Origin: Thermoplasmatota archaeon
Lineage (GTDB): Archaea; Thermoplasmatota; Thermoplasmata; UBA10834
Assembly (NCBI GenBank): GCA_018814355.1
Contig: JAHIZT010000037.1
Coordinates: forward strand, 5,989 to 69,988
DNA length: 64,000 bases
Direction of reading: 5' to 3'
Under the pieces are notes generated by a model. The model made no database searches. It was not told where the DNA came from and saw only the letters and a list, made by a program, of their open reading frames with translations. A program made the position numbers and the translations under genes. Positions 18,481-28,200 of this stretch are shown here, piece after piece (within the stretch, counting starts at the first letter, position 1; the number at the start of each line of letters is the position of its first letter).

Positions 18481-20022
18481 TCAGATGCTCCAGCCCTCGG
18501 TCGGGAGATTGAAGGCTTCGATAATGTCGTCCCTCACGAAGACCATCGGCGCATCCACATTCTCGAAGGCCCCGAATGCGGATTCAGACCACACACCCAT
18601 GAAGTCAGATGAGACCTTGCTGTACCCGAGGCCCTCCAGGAAGATGGCAACGTGAAACAAATCGTTCTCGACGAACCGGTAACTGAACAAGAAGACTGCC
18701 GGACGGTATTCAAAGACGGCAGCGTAGATATCATCGCCGGTCAGCTCGGGGTACACACGGGTGCCCACGTTGACCATGCTCGGAGGTGTGAGTCTCTTGG
18801 CGTAAGAGGTGATGAGCGGGTCTCCACTGATGATCCAATCGTTGGGTGTGGTCCACGCTGCTATCTTCTCTCCGTAGGCCAGTTGACCCGGCTTCTCTTG
18901 TGCTGCGAGTCCGTACGATGCCAACCCCGCGGACACGAGGATCCCAACCAGCAGAACGGCCATAACGGCCTTGGATTCATATGTCCTCTTTTTCCTATCA
19001 ATCATCTCAATCTTCTCTATGAACAGCCCCTTTTTAGTTTCATATCCATGCGCTATGAACATTCCGGAGAGTATGGCCAACCCGGGGCTCATCAACACCA
19101 TGTGATGAAGGAATACCAGAGGCTGCAGGACGAAGTCTGCGAGTAGCACCACGGTCAGGATGAGCAGGAACCTCGCCTCCTTCGAATGCGACCATACTCT
19201 GCGGGCGTACACGAGGGGGAGCGCGTACGCGAGGTTCAATCCGAAGAAGACGGGTATCGAGAGCTTCATTGCGAGGTCGAATTCCCGGTGCCCCTGGTCG
19301 AACAGCATACCGTTCAACATGTCAGAGGGGCCTAGGGCCAGAATCAAGACGGCCAGTGGCACCGCCGCTGCCCCTAGTAGAATGACAAGGTCGATGATCG
19401 TCCTTGTGGCTTTCTTGTTCTCCTTGTCGCCCTGCCAGAACTGAAGTAGCATGAACAGGAGCATCCCCAGGAGGGCGACTCCACCGAACAGCTTCGAGGC
19501 TGTCGACAGTCCCACGAGCAGCCCGGCCAAGATGAGCGCGGCCCTGGAACCTTTCCTCAGATAATGCAGGAACAGCGGCAGCGAGATCGCGAGGAAGGAG
19601 GTTGAGATGCCATCGAGCGAGAAGAGCCTCGACTCACGGAGCAGGGCGAAATCGATCGCTAGCAGAACGCCAGTCACCAGCATCGCAACATTGCCATGCT
19701 GCTTCTTTGATGCGAGCATGCAGGCAGCGATGGCCACAAGACTCAGGGCGGCGGTCAGGGCCCGCAGGACAACGACATCGCCGTCGAACACGGAGCCGAT
19801 CAGGAACACCAGGGGTGCCTGGTCGCACGGAAGCTCTGTGTAGAGCCCGTACCCTTGGCTGACCATCCTGGCCCTCTCCAGCATTATGCCTTCGTCGACA
19901 CCGTTGTTCGAGAAGCTCCAGTTGATGTTGTAGAACCTAAGGAATGCTGCAGCCGCCAGAATCAGCACCACCGCAATGAGAACCTTCCTCTTGTCGGTGG
20001 TCAGGTTCTCCAGCAGCTTCAT
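18481..20022 (-). CDS. GT-C fold membrane glycosyltransferase (PMT/ArnT-like, GT39/83)
   Basis: First-loop DE motif (NNGVDEG), DQAP, GLSTASKLFG, about 12 TM segments and a C-terminal extracytoplasmic domain. Confidence 0.75.
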   Translation of the reverse strand: MKLLENLTTDKRKVLIAVVLILAAAAFLRFYNINWSFSNNGVDEGIMLERARMVSQGYGLYTELPCDQAPLVFLIGSVFDGDVVVLRALTAALSLVAIAACMLASKKQHGNVAMLVTGVLLAIDFALLRESRLFSLDGISTSFLAISLPLFLHYLRKGSRAALILAGLLVGLSTASKLFGGVALLGMLLFMLLQFWQGDKENKKATRTIIDLVILLGAAAVPLAVLILALGPSDMLNGMLFDQGHREFDLAMKLSIPVFFGLNLAYALPLVYARRVWSHSKEARFLLILTVVLLADFVLQPLVFLHHMVLMSPGLAILSGMFIAHGYETKKGLFIEKIEMIDRKKRTYESKAVMAVLLVGILVSAGLASYGLAAQEKPGQLAYGEKIAAWTTPNDWIISGDPLITSYAKRLTPPSMVNVGTRVYPELTGDDIYAAVFEYRPAVFLFSYRFVENDLFHVAIFLEGLGYSKVSSDFMGVWSESAFGAFENVDAPMVFVRDDIIEAFNLPTEGWSI

Positions 20023-20078
20023 GGGTCCCGCTTCCCTAGTCGGGAACAGCGACGGGGCTTATTGATTCTGCCGGAAGG

Positions 20079-21263
20079 TCATAGGAATTCCTGGAACTCC
20101 TTGACCAATTCGGGGTGCTTCGTCTGGATGGCCTTGAGTATTGCGAATGTGGACATCTTCTCCACACCCACCTGGTTGAGGGTCATGATGATCTTGTTGA
20201 ATGCATCGTCCGTCAGCGTCACGAGCTTCTCCTTGGCCATCCAGTTCCTGTACAGGTTGTTCTCCAGGAGGTCTCTCCAGCCCTTCTCATAGCGCTGGAG
20301 CGACTGGGCGCTGAAGTTCTTCTCCGTGGTGGCCTTGGCCAAAACCTCTCCCGCGACCTTGCCAGCCTTGCAGCTGTTAGAGATTCCTCCACCGGTGATG
20401 GGGTCTATCTGCCTGGCAGCGTCCCCTACCAGTAGCACGCCGTCCCCGACGGTCTTGTCGATGGGGGCACATATGGACACTGCCCCGCTCACTAGTTCAA
20501 GAGGTTTGCCCTTCTTCAGCCTGGGGTCCGCCAGTACGAACCTGTCCAGGTGTTTCTTGACGTCCGCCGGGTCCTTGAGCTTCGTCAGTTGCATGCCTAT
20601 GCCGACATTCGCCGTGTCCTCGTTCTTTGGGAATATCCAGATGTACCCGCCTGGGGCTTTGCTGCCGAGAACGAACTCGCAGTAGTCAGGATCGTAGTTG
20701 ATGTTGGTGAGCCTGTACTGGAAACAGGTCGTGATGTCCCTCGGCGCGAGGTTGGTGTTTATGCCTGCCCATCTTCCGACCTGGGACTCGTATCCGTCAG
20801 CACCGACCACGCATCCGCATTTGATGTCCTTCGTCTCACCGAAGGATTTGATCTTGACGCCGGTGACCTTGTTGCCGGACTTGAGAAGCTTGATGGCAGA
20901 GGTCTTCAGCACCAAATCGGCGCCGGCCTTCGCGGCGTCGTGGGCCAAGAGCTTGTCGAAGAAGACGCGGTCGAGCACGATCCCAACCTCGTTCCCGGCC
21001 ATCTTCTCGGAAAGGTAGAACGACGTTCCGTTCGGGGCCACGATATTCGCGCCCTTGACTTCCCTGGCCACGCTCTTGGAATCCAGTTTGACCCCTACCG
21101 AGTCAAGCCAGGGGCGGGATATGCCCTCTCCGCATCTCACAGGAGAACCGATCTCCTGTCTCTTCTCTATCATGAGAACGCGGGCGCCGCCCTTGGCCGC
21201 CCACTTGGCGGTCATCGAGCCGGCTGGTCCCGCCCCGACCACAACGACATCGTAGTCTGGCAT
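20079..21263 (-). CDS. ggr: Digeranylgeranylglycerophospholipid reductase (geranylgeranyl reductase)
   Basis: VVGAGPAGS, EIGSPVRCGEG, GADG, APGGYIWIFPK (PxxYxWxFP) and GDAARQIDPITGGGI. Confidence 0.93.
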   Translation of the reverse strand: MPDYDVVVVGAGPAGSMTAKWAAKGGARVLMIEKRQEIGSPVRCGEGISRPWLDSVGVKLDSKSVAREVKGANIVAPNGTSFYLSEKMAGNEVGIVLDRVFFDKLLAHDAAKAGADLVLKTSAIKLLKSGNKVTGVKIKSFGETKDIKCGCVVGADGYESQVGRWAGINTNLAPRDITTCFQYRLTNINYDPDYCEFVLGSKAPGGYIWIFPKNEDTANVGIGMQLTKLKDPADVKKHLDRFVLADPRLKKGKPLELVSGAVSICAPIDKTVGDGVLLVGDAARQIDPITGGGISNSCKAGKVAGEVLAKATTEKNFSAQSLQRYEKGWRDLLENNLYRNWMAKEKLVTLTDDAFNKIIMTLNQVGVEKMSTFAILKAIQTKHPELVKEFQEFL

Positions 21264-21458
21264 CTACTTCTCCCCCGCGATCTTGATGGCGCCCACAGGG
21301 CAGACCTTGATGCAGCGCATGCACATCGTGCAGTCGTCGTTGAACTCCAGCACGACCTCGTTCAGGTATATGGCATTCACGGGGCACGAGCCCACGCACG
21401 CACCGCAGTGCATGCATCTGGGTATGTCCACATCGAACTCGTCCAATTCCTTGTCCAT
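21264..21458 (-). CDS. 2x[4Fe-4S] ferredoxin
   Basis: CMHCGACVGSCP and CTMCMRCIKVCP. Start at ATG 21458 (MDKELDEF); the stop abuts the GGR start. Confidence 0.9.
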   Translation of the reverse strand: MDKELDEFDVDIPRCMHCGACVGSCPVNAIYLNEVVLEFNDDCTMCMRCIKVCPVGAIKIAGEK

Positions 21459-21468
21459 GATTATCAAC

Positions 21469-23022
21469 TCATGTGTACTCTTCGCCGTGCTTCTTTCTCC
21501 ACTCGGCCAGCGGCACCGAGAACTTCTTCTCGACCTCGGTCCTGTAGACCGGGCCGGAGTTGTATGCGCAGAACGGGATGATCTTCCCATCCGGCGTTGT
21601 GTAGTGTATCATGCACCTTTTGACCCGCTCGATATCGTAGTTGTACGAGTCCATGAAGTGCATCGCGCCGACGTACATCATCTTCCAGCTGAACCTGGCT
21701 AGCTCGCTCTTGGTATCCTCGGAGATGATCCCTTTCAGGGACCTCAGGAAGTCCATCTTGCTCATGCCCTCGGGGAGCTCGTTCTCCCTGACGTACTTCT
21801 TCAGCAGGTTGTACGCCTTCACCTTGGACAGCAGCTTGACCTTCTTCCCCTCGGTCTTCTTGGCAAGCTCGTAGACCTCGGTGAACAGGTTCTCGACATC
21901 CACGAACCTCGTCACGGGTACCACGTGGTCCGCATCCTTGACGAACATGTAGGTGGCCATGCCGCAGTGGACGTGCGTGGTCAGCGTGACCTTCGGGTCA
22001 CAGTACAGAGCCGCCCATAGCTCCGAGACGGAGGCAACGGTCGGGACGGGGTACCAGTCGGTCGTCTTGATCATCCCTTTCGACTGCTTCTCTATGTCCT
22101 TCGCGAGGTCGGGGATCGTGTACCTACCCTTCTCCAACTCCTCGTTGCTGATCCTGCCGGTGAACGCCACGGGTTGGAAGTTCACACCCCTGACGACGTC
22201 CATGTTCTCAAGGGCGTAGTGCAGTATCGGCCAGACCTGGTCGTCGTTCAACCCCTTCACGATGGTCGGGACGAAGACGATCGACGGATGCCTCTTGACC
22301 TTCCTGCAGTTCTCGATGACCTTCTTCTTCGTGTCGAGCAGGTCCGCGCCCCTGGCGCGCTTGTAGATCTCCGGTCTGAGGCCGTCGAACTGCAAGTAGA
22401 CCGTGTTCAGGCCAGCATCGCTCGCCTTCTGGAAGAAATCCACATCCTTGGCGAACAGGATGCCGTTCGTGGCCACCTGGACTTGTGCGAACCCCAGGTC
22501 ATGGGCCGCCTTGATGATGTCGATGAACCTCGGATGGATGGTCGGCTCGCCCCCGGAGAACTGCACGGCAGGCGTTGGGACAGGCCTCTGGGCCCTGAGG
22601 ACCTTCAGCATGCCGACGACCGTGTCGTAGTCCGGTTCGAACACATATCCTGCCTGGTTCGCGTTCGCAAAGCAGATCGGGCACTTCAGGTTGCATCTGT
22701 TGGTGAGGTCGACATTCGCGAGTCCAGTGTGAGAGAGATGGAGGTTGCACAGGCCGCAGTCGAAGGGGCATTGCCTCGCATTCGGTATCAGGGGCTCGCG
22801 GACACCTACACCATCCTTGGCCCACTTCTCGGCCCTCAGATACATGTCCACATCGGACCATACTATGTCCCTGAAGTTGCCGTGTTTGGGGCAGTTCTTC
22901 TCCATAACCACCTTGCCCTTGTCCTCTCGTATGGTGGCGGGTATGATCATCAAACATTCCGGACACAGGCTCTCCGTCTTCTTCGGAAGCCCCAGCGGAA
23001 TAGCGGATTCCCTGGTCAGCAT
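21469..23022 (-). CDS. tes: Tetraether lipid synthase Tes / GDGT-MAS (MJ0619-family radical SAM)
   Basis: N-terminal CPEC...CPKHG, CPFDCGLCNLH, radical SAM CNLKCPIC, QFSGGEPT, YLQFDG, VRGVNFQPV, HCGMATY, MHFMDSYNYDIERVKRC and IPFCAYN. Confidence 0.9.
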   Translation of the reverse strand: MLTRESAIPLGLPKKTESLCPECLMIIPATIREDKGKVVMEKNCPKHGNFRDIVWSDVDMYLRAEKWAKDGVGVREPLIPNARQCPFDCGLCNLHLSHTGLANVDLTNRCNLKCPICFANANQAGYVFEPDYDTVVGMLKVLRAQRPVPTPAVQFSGGEPTIHPRFIDIIKAAHDLGFAQVQVATNGILFAKDVDFFQKASDAGLNTVYLQFDGLRPEIYKRARGADLLDTKKKVIENCRKVKRHPSIVFVPTIVKGLNDDQVWPILHYALENMDVVRGVNFQPVAFTGRISNEELEKGRYTIPDLAKDIEKQSKGMIKTTDWYPVPTVASVSELWAALYCDPKVTLTTHVHCGMATYMFVKDADHVVPVTRFVDVENLFTEVYELAKKTEGKKVKLLSKVKAYNLLKKYVRENELPEGMSKMDFLRSLKGIISEDTKSELARFSWKMMYVGAMHFMDSYNYDIERVKRCMIHYTTPDGKIIPFCAYNSGPVYRTEVEKKFSVPLAEWRKKHGEEYT

Positions 23023-23059
23023 TCTATCGCGTCCTTGGTATACGAATCCGTGCGAATCA

Positions 23060-23089
23060 TTTAAACCTTGTGTAGCTCATACAGCTACA
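23060..23089. promoter_or_regulatory. Bidirectional TATA box (TTTAAA) plus perfect inverted repeat TGTAGCT-N5-AGCTACA, a putative TrmB operator
   Basis: TTTAAA at 23060-23065 lies between the divergent tes and trmB genes; the palindrome at 23071-23089 ends 2 nt before the trmB ATG. Confidence 0.6.
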
Positions 23090-23090
23090 T

Positions 23091-23837
23091 ATGGACATGA
23101 AGAAGGCCGTAGAGATGCTCGGGGGCGACTATGAGAGGCTGGCGCAGGACTATGCTCAGGTATCCAGTGTGTTGGTTGGGATGGGGCTCTCCGACTACGA
23201 GTCGCGCGCCTACATCGCGCTCGTCGCCTTGGGACCAGCATCTGCTAATCCTGTAGCTGACATCGCGAACATACCGAGGACATCTGCATACAAGGCGTTG
23301 AGAGCTCTGGAGAAGAAGGGGTTCGCGATTGAGAAACCCGGACGGCCAAGGTCCTTCGCCCCAGAGGACCCTTCCGTGCTCTCGAAGCAACTCGTCTCGC
23401 GGGTGGAAGAGGCCTTCGCCAAGTTGTCCAAGCTCAAAGACCTGCTCTCGCAGAAGGGAGTCCCACAGCTCATCTACACCATCATGGGGAAGGAACGCGT
23501 CGTGGACAAGATCGGCGAGATGCTCGACAGGTCAGAACACACATTCGTGATGTCCTCTCCGACCCTTTCGGAGATAAGGAGAAGGCTGGGCAAGCGCTTC
23601 TCGAATGCGGCTGCCAGGGGAGTGTCGGTCTCGATCATGACGAGCCCGTTCGTGAAGGCGCCAAAGGGCGTTGCCGTGGTAAGAAGAAAGGCGCTGATAG
23701 CAACCGATGTGATCAGCGACGGAAAGACGGCGCTAATTGCCGCGCCCGACCTCTCGGCCTGCGGATACACGGACAACGAGGCACTGTCCAAGCATCTCGA
23801 GGATTTCCTGAACATAATGTCCGAGAGGCGTGACTAG
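23091..23837 (+). CDS. TrmB family transcriptional regulator
   Basis: GLSDYESRAYIALV...ANIPRTSAYKALRALEKKGF wHTH followed by a TrmB-type effector domain. Confidence 0.9.
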   Translation: MDMKKAVEMLGGDYERLAQDYAQVSSVLVGMGLSDYESRAYIALVALGPASANPVADIANIPRTSAYKALRALEKKGFAIEKPGRPRSFAPEDPSVLSKQLVSRVEEAFAKLSKLKDLLSQKGVPQLIYTIMGKERVVDKIGEMLDRSEHTFVMSSPTLSEIRRRLGKRFSNAAARGVSVSIMTSPFVKAPKGVAVVRRKALIATDVISDGKTALIAAPDLSACGYTDNEALSKHLEDFLNIMSERRD

Positions 23838-23840
23838 GCT

Positions 23841-25121
23841 CTAGATTATCAGCACGAAAATGAGGACGTTGGTCACAATCATCGTGACGATCGTCGCCGG
23901 TATGGCTACCTTGCAGTACTGCGCCCAGGTGAACTTGATGCCGTGCTTCTCGGCGACGGCCAGCCCGACCACGTTCGCTGAGGCCCCGATGGGCGTGGCG
24001 TTTCCTCCCACATCGCACCCCAACGCCAGCGTATACGCAAGCGAATTGAGCGGTATGCCTGTGTCCGCGGAGATTGTCTGTATCACTGGGATCATGGCCG
24101 CAGAGAGCGCGACGTTGTCCAGCAGGGCCGAGAGCAGGGCCGAAATCCATAGGACGACTAGGATCACGAGAACGACGCTGTCCCCGGTGAAACCCACGAG
24201 AGAGTGCGCGAAGCTAGAGAGCACACCGCTGCTATCTAGTCCCCCCACCATCACGAACAACCCGCCAAGGAAGACGATTGTGTGCCAATCGATCTTGTCT
24301 ATCAGGTGGTCCATCTTCCTCCCGCCGAGGAACAGGACCAGCGTTGCCCCGAGAATCGCTGCGTAGGCCACGAACATGTCGATCGCGCTGTGCAGGGTCA
24401 GGAGAGTTACCGTGAAGATGAAGACTATGAGCGCAATCCTCATCAGCCTGAGGTCCTCGATTGCACTGAAGGGGTCCAAGTCCTTGTGCTCCTCCATTAT
24501 GTCCTTGACGTCGTGGTGCTTTCTGTTGAGAAGCTTCTCGTAGATTAGCCCAAAGACAAGGATGTTGACTGCGAAGGCAATCATCGCGATCGGGCCCGTG
24601 TTACTGGCGAAGTCGGAGAAGGTGAGGTTGAGCGCGGTCCCGATTATCACGTTGGGAGGGTCGCCAACCATGGTCGCGCTGCCTCCTATGTTCGCCGAGC
24701 AGATCTCGGCGATGAGGAACGGTATCGGCGGCACCCGGAGGATGGTGCAGACCTCGATAGTGAGCGATGCCATGAACACCATCACGGTTATGCTGTCCAT
24801 GAATGCTGCCAGGAACGCCGACAGCCCGCAGAATATGATGAAGACCTTCAGGGTCTGGAACTTGGTCGCCTGGAGCGCCAAGAGCCCAATCCATCTGAAG
24901 AAACCGCTTTCTTTTAGGGCAGCCACGAGCACGAACATGCCGAAGATGAGCCCGAGTGCCTCCCAATGGATGTATTGGATGACCTCTTTCTCGCTCAGGA
25001 TTCCCAGGCCGACCATCGTGAGCGCCCCGAACAGGACCGCGACGGTCCTGTCGACAAGGTCGAAGACCATTGCGACATACACCGCCGCGAATATGAGTAT
25101 GGCTAACGAGCCCTGCTCCAC
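23841..25121 (-). CDS. ArsB/NhaD (SLC13-like, IT superfamily) ion transporter
   Basis: SAFLAAFMDSIT, ANIGGSATMVGDPPN, SALLDNV and GGNATPIGASANVV motifs. Confidence 0.9.
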   Translation of the reverse strand: MEQGSLAILIFAAVYVAMVFDLVDRTVAVLFGALTMVGLGILSEKEVIQYIHWEALGLIFGMFVLVAALKESGFFRWIGLLALQATKFQTLKVFIIFCGLSAFLAAFMDSITVMVFMASLTIEVCTILRVPPIPFLIAEICSANIGGSATMVGDPPNVIIGTALNLTFSDFASNTGPIAMIAFAVNILVFGLIYEKLLNRKHHDVKDIMEEHKDLDPFSAIEDLRLMRIALIVFIFTVTLLTLHSAIDMFVAYAAILGATLVLFLGGRKMDHLIDKIDWHTIVFLGGLFVMVGGLDSSGVLSSFAHSLVGFTGDSVVLVILVVLWISALLSALLDNVALSAAMIPVIQTISADTGIPLNSLAYTLALGCDVGGNATPIGASANVVGLAVAEKHGIKFTWAQYCKVAIPATIVTMIVTNVLIFVLII

Positions 25122-25277
25122 GAGTGCATCCCGAAGGGTCTAATGCCAATGCGGTCTAAGAACATTTCTACGTGCTCTGCTCGGCGCCGGCGGTTCTTTG
25201 AAGAATCTCGTTCGGCCAGATGTACGCTGCATGTAGCTGATACCATTTACCCTCTGGAGGCCGGTCGCGAAGCTGGT

Positions 25278-28200
25278 ATGGCTATGAGTATCAGGACCGT
25301 CGGGCTGGGAAGCAGTCTTTCGAAGCTCAGAAGCATGAATAGGGACAGGGCGGGACAGGTCTCATTCGCTGTCATCGCGGTCGTTCTGCTGACCGCCTCT
25401 GCGATAACCGGAACATACATGGCAAAGAGCCAGCTGGATCGGGCCCAGGATGAGAGGCGACAGAAGCTTCTGGACGCCATGGAGGACGCCGCTGGGGATG
25501 TCATCCAGGAGCTGAGCTTGTGCGGTGCATCAAAGGCCCACGAGACAGTCTCCTCATGGACCAGGTTTCCGGTGAACGAGTCCGATATCTCGGACGCTTA
25601 CTCGGACAAGGTGTCGATGTACATAGGCACGAGCTATCCGCGATCCGAGGGGAAGTTCGCGGTCGAGGTCTCCAACTGGACGGGGGGACTATTCTTCATC
25701 GAGCGAAAGACGCTGGACCTCGTCCCTCAGGAGGCCAACGGCACAGAGGAATTGGAAATCGACGGTATCAAGATGGACTACGAGAAGCTTCCATCGCCGT
25801 CCGCAGAAGTGATGGGCGAGACGACCGCGAACCCGTACTACGTGGCTCTTGGCAACTTCTCAATCAGGGTGTCGGTCAAGAACGTCGCGCTCGTCAAGCA
25901 ATCGTCGTTCCAGAGACCGATTGTGTCCGCCCTCCCATTTCTGGAGTCCAAGCTTAGGGCGTTCGAGGGGGCATCCGATGGCGAGCTTTCCGACCTGGGT
26001 CGACTGCTCGGGTACATGCTGAGCACTCTCTGCGAACTGAGGGTGCTCGAGGGCTATGGCCAGCCGATGTACTCTGGCAGGGAGACCTCTCAAGTGCTCA
26101 CGGAGGACGATGTGTACCGCGCGGTCGCCGTCGGGCTGCTCCTCGAGCAAGCTAGGGTCTTCAGGACTGTGGACCATGGATTCGCGGCCCAGGTCGCGGA
26201 TGCCTGCGGAGGCGGGTATCCCGGCATCGACGCCTTCCTAAGTCCCAAGGAGCGAACGCTCGACGCAGCCGAACTCTTCCTGTGGTTCTTGGGAATCACC
26301 AAGCCTCAGATCGATTCTCGGATGATCATCGCCCAAGCGGTCTTCGGCTTGTCCGATGCGCTCGCGCTAAGGATCATGGACTACATGGGCTGGCTAGGTC
26401 AGCTGGACTTGGCTAAGGGCCTGTTGGACTCCATGCACAGCACGATCGATTCGTTCGTCTCGTTCCTAACGGGCGTCGACAAATCCTGGATCGCCGTCGT
26501 GTCATGGATAGGCAAGACGCTGAAGATGACTGGGGCCGACCCAAGGGCGTACTCGGAGTTGTTCTCCTCGCCCGAGGACTTCTCAGTACTCGTGCCGGAG
26601 AGGCAGTACTTCGTGGAGGACGCCTCTGGGAACCTGTATCCTGTCTGGGTCGGGAACATGTCGTGCCCTGTGAACGTCCCGCAGTACGACCTCCTTTCTT
26701 CAGCCAAATGGAAGGACTTCTATGCTTCCTACAAGGAATGCCAGGCGAGTTTCAGAACGCAGCTGGCGGACGGCATCACAAGACTGGCGTTCGACATCGC
26801 CGACCTCGCTCAGCTCGACATGAATGAGACCGTCGTCGACCCCACTGACGGCCGGGACATTTTCGAGTCGCTGGTTCACGGTTCGGGGGAGGTCGACCTT
26901 AGATTGGAGCGGACATCACTTGCCCAAAGAGGGAAGAATCTTCCTATGTTCTCGTCGAACTATCAGCTGGCCACGAGGTTCGGCCAGTTCGTGAATGCGA
27001 ACGGCCTTTCGCTCGTGAACCGGACAGGCCTGCTCCAGGCGACCTATTCCGACCTGGCAACCTCCGTGGCCGCCTCCGCAAGGTACGCCTACATACCCGA
27101 CCTTGTCGTTCCAGTCGAGCAGCAGATCGAGGACATTGTGAGGCACGACGTCGAGCTGGACGCGGGCTGGGGCGTGGGCGCGGCGACCGCCTCATTTCTG
27201 GATGGCATCTCTGCAAGGGACCTCGAACGGCTTGTGGCCCTTGTCAACATGTCCATCGTGAAGGCTGATGACGGCTTCATGGGTCCGTTGGTGGATTCGG
27301 TCGCAAACATGATAGCCTGGGGCACGGACACGCTCCCCGGCCTGGAGCAGCTGGTGGAGATGCAGCTCTCTGCATTTGCGCGGCAGGTTCTGGAACAGAA
27401 GGAGTTCTCCGCCCACAAACGGCATGTCCAGGTAGGGTTGGGCGGAACCTTCGAGTTCTGGGAGGGCGACAAGACCTCCGCCGCAGGAAATGCCCGGGTC
27501 ATGAACGAGTCGTTGAACGTGTCCGTCCAGTCCGGGCTGCCGCCCATGCAAACGGTGCCTTTCGACGCATCCGCAGGATACGATTCTCTGGAAAACCTGT
27601 TCCCAACGGACAACATGCTGGTCCAGGTCAAGGGACCTTGGGACTTCGATTCAAGCATCGCCTCATATCCCAACCTCCATTTGACATCGGCCGACAATGA
27701 GACTCTGAAACCGTACTCGACCCAGTGGACTGTCTCCGTCCTAGGAGTCCTGAGCCTGGCGCTTTCGACGCACAACTCCGCTATGCAGTCGATCCTATCC
27801 GATGGAGGAACGGAATCGAGGAGGAGCATACGGATAGAAGTATGCGTCCCAGTTGTTGTGCATTCCGCATGGCCTCTCCAGGGTGTGGTCTACAATCCCA
27901 CCAACACCGCGCTCGCTGACGGGCTGGCTGCAGCGAGGGTGTGCTACGATATCCTCTGGGACAAGCTCGGGCCGGTGCTTGGGTGGGTCAAGGACGGCAT
28001 GGAGATGATCTACAAGTTCGTCTCCGATGCGTTCGATGTCCTTGCGCGTTTCGCAAATCGCATGATAAAGTACATCACAGAGGCCATGCAGACATTGATC
28101 GAGAACCTCCAGGAGTACATACAGAAAGTGGCGGACTCCGCGCTCGGAAAAGCCATCAGATGGTTCATCGACATCACTGGACGGGTCGAGTTCAGGTTCT

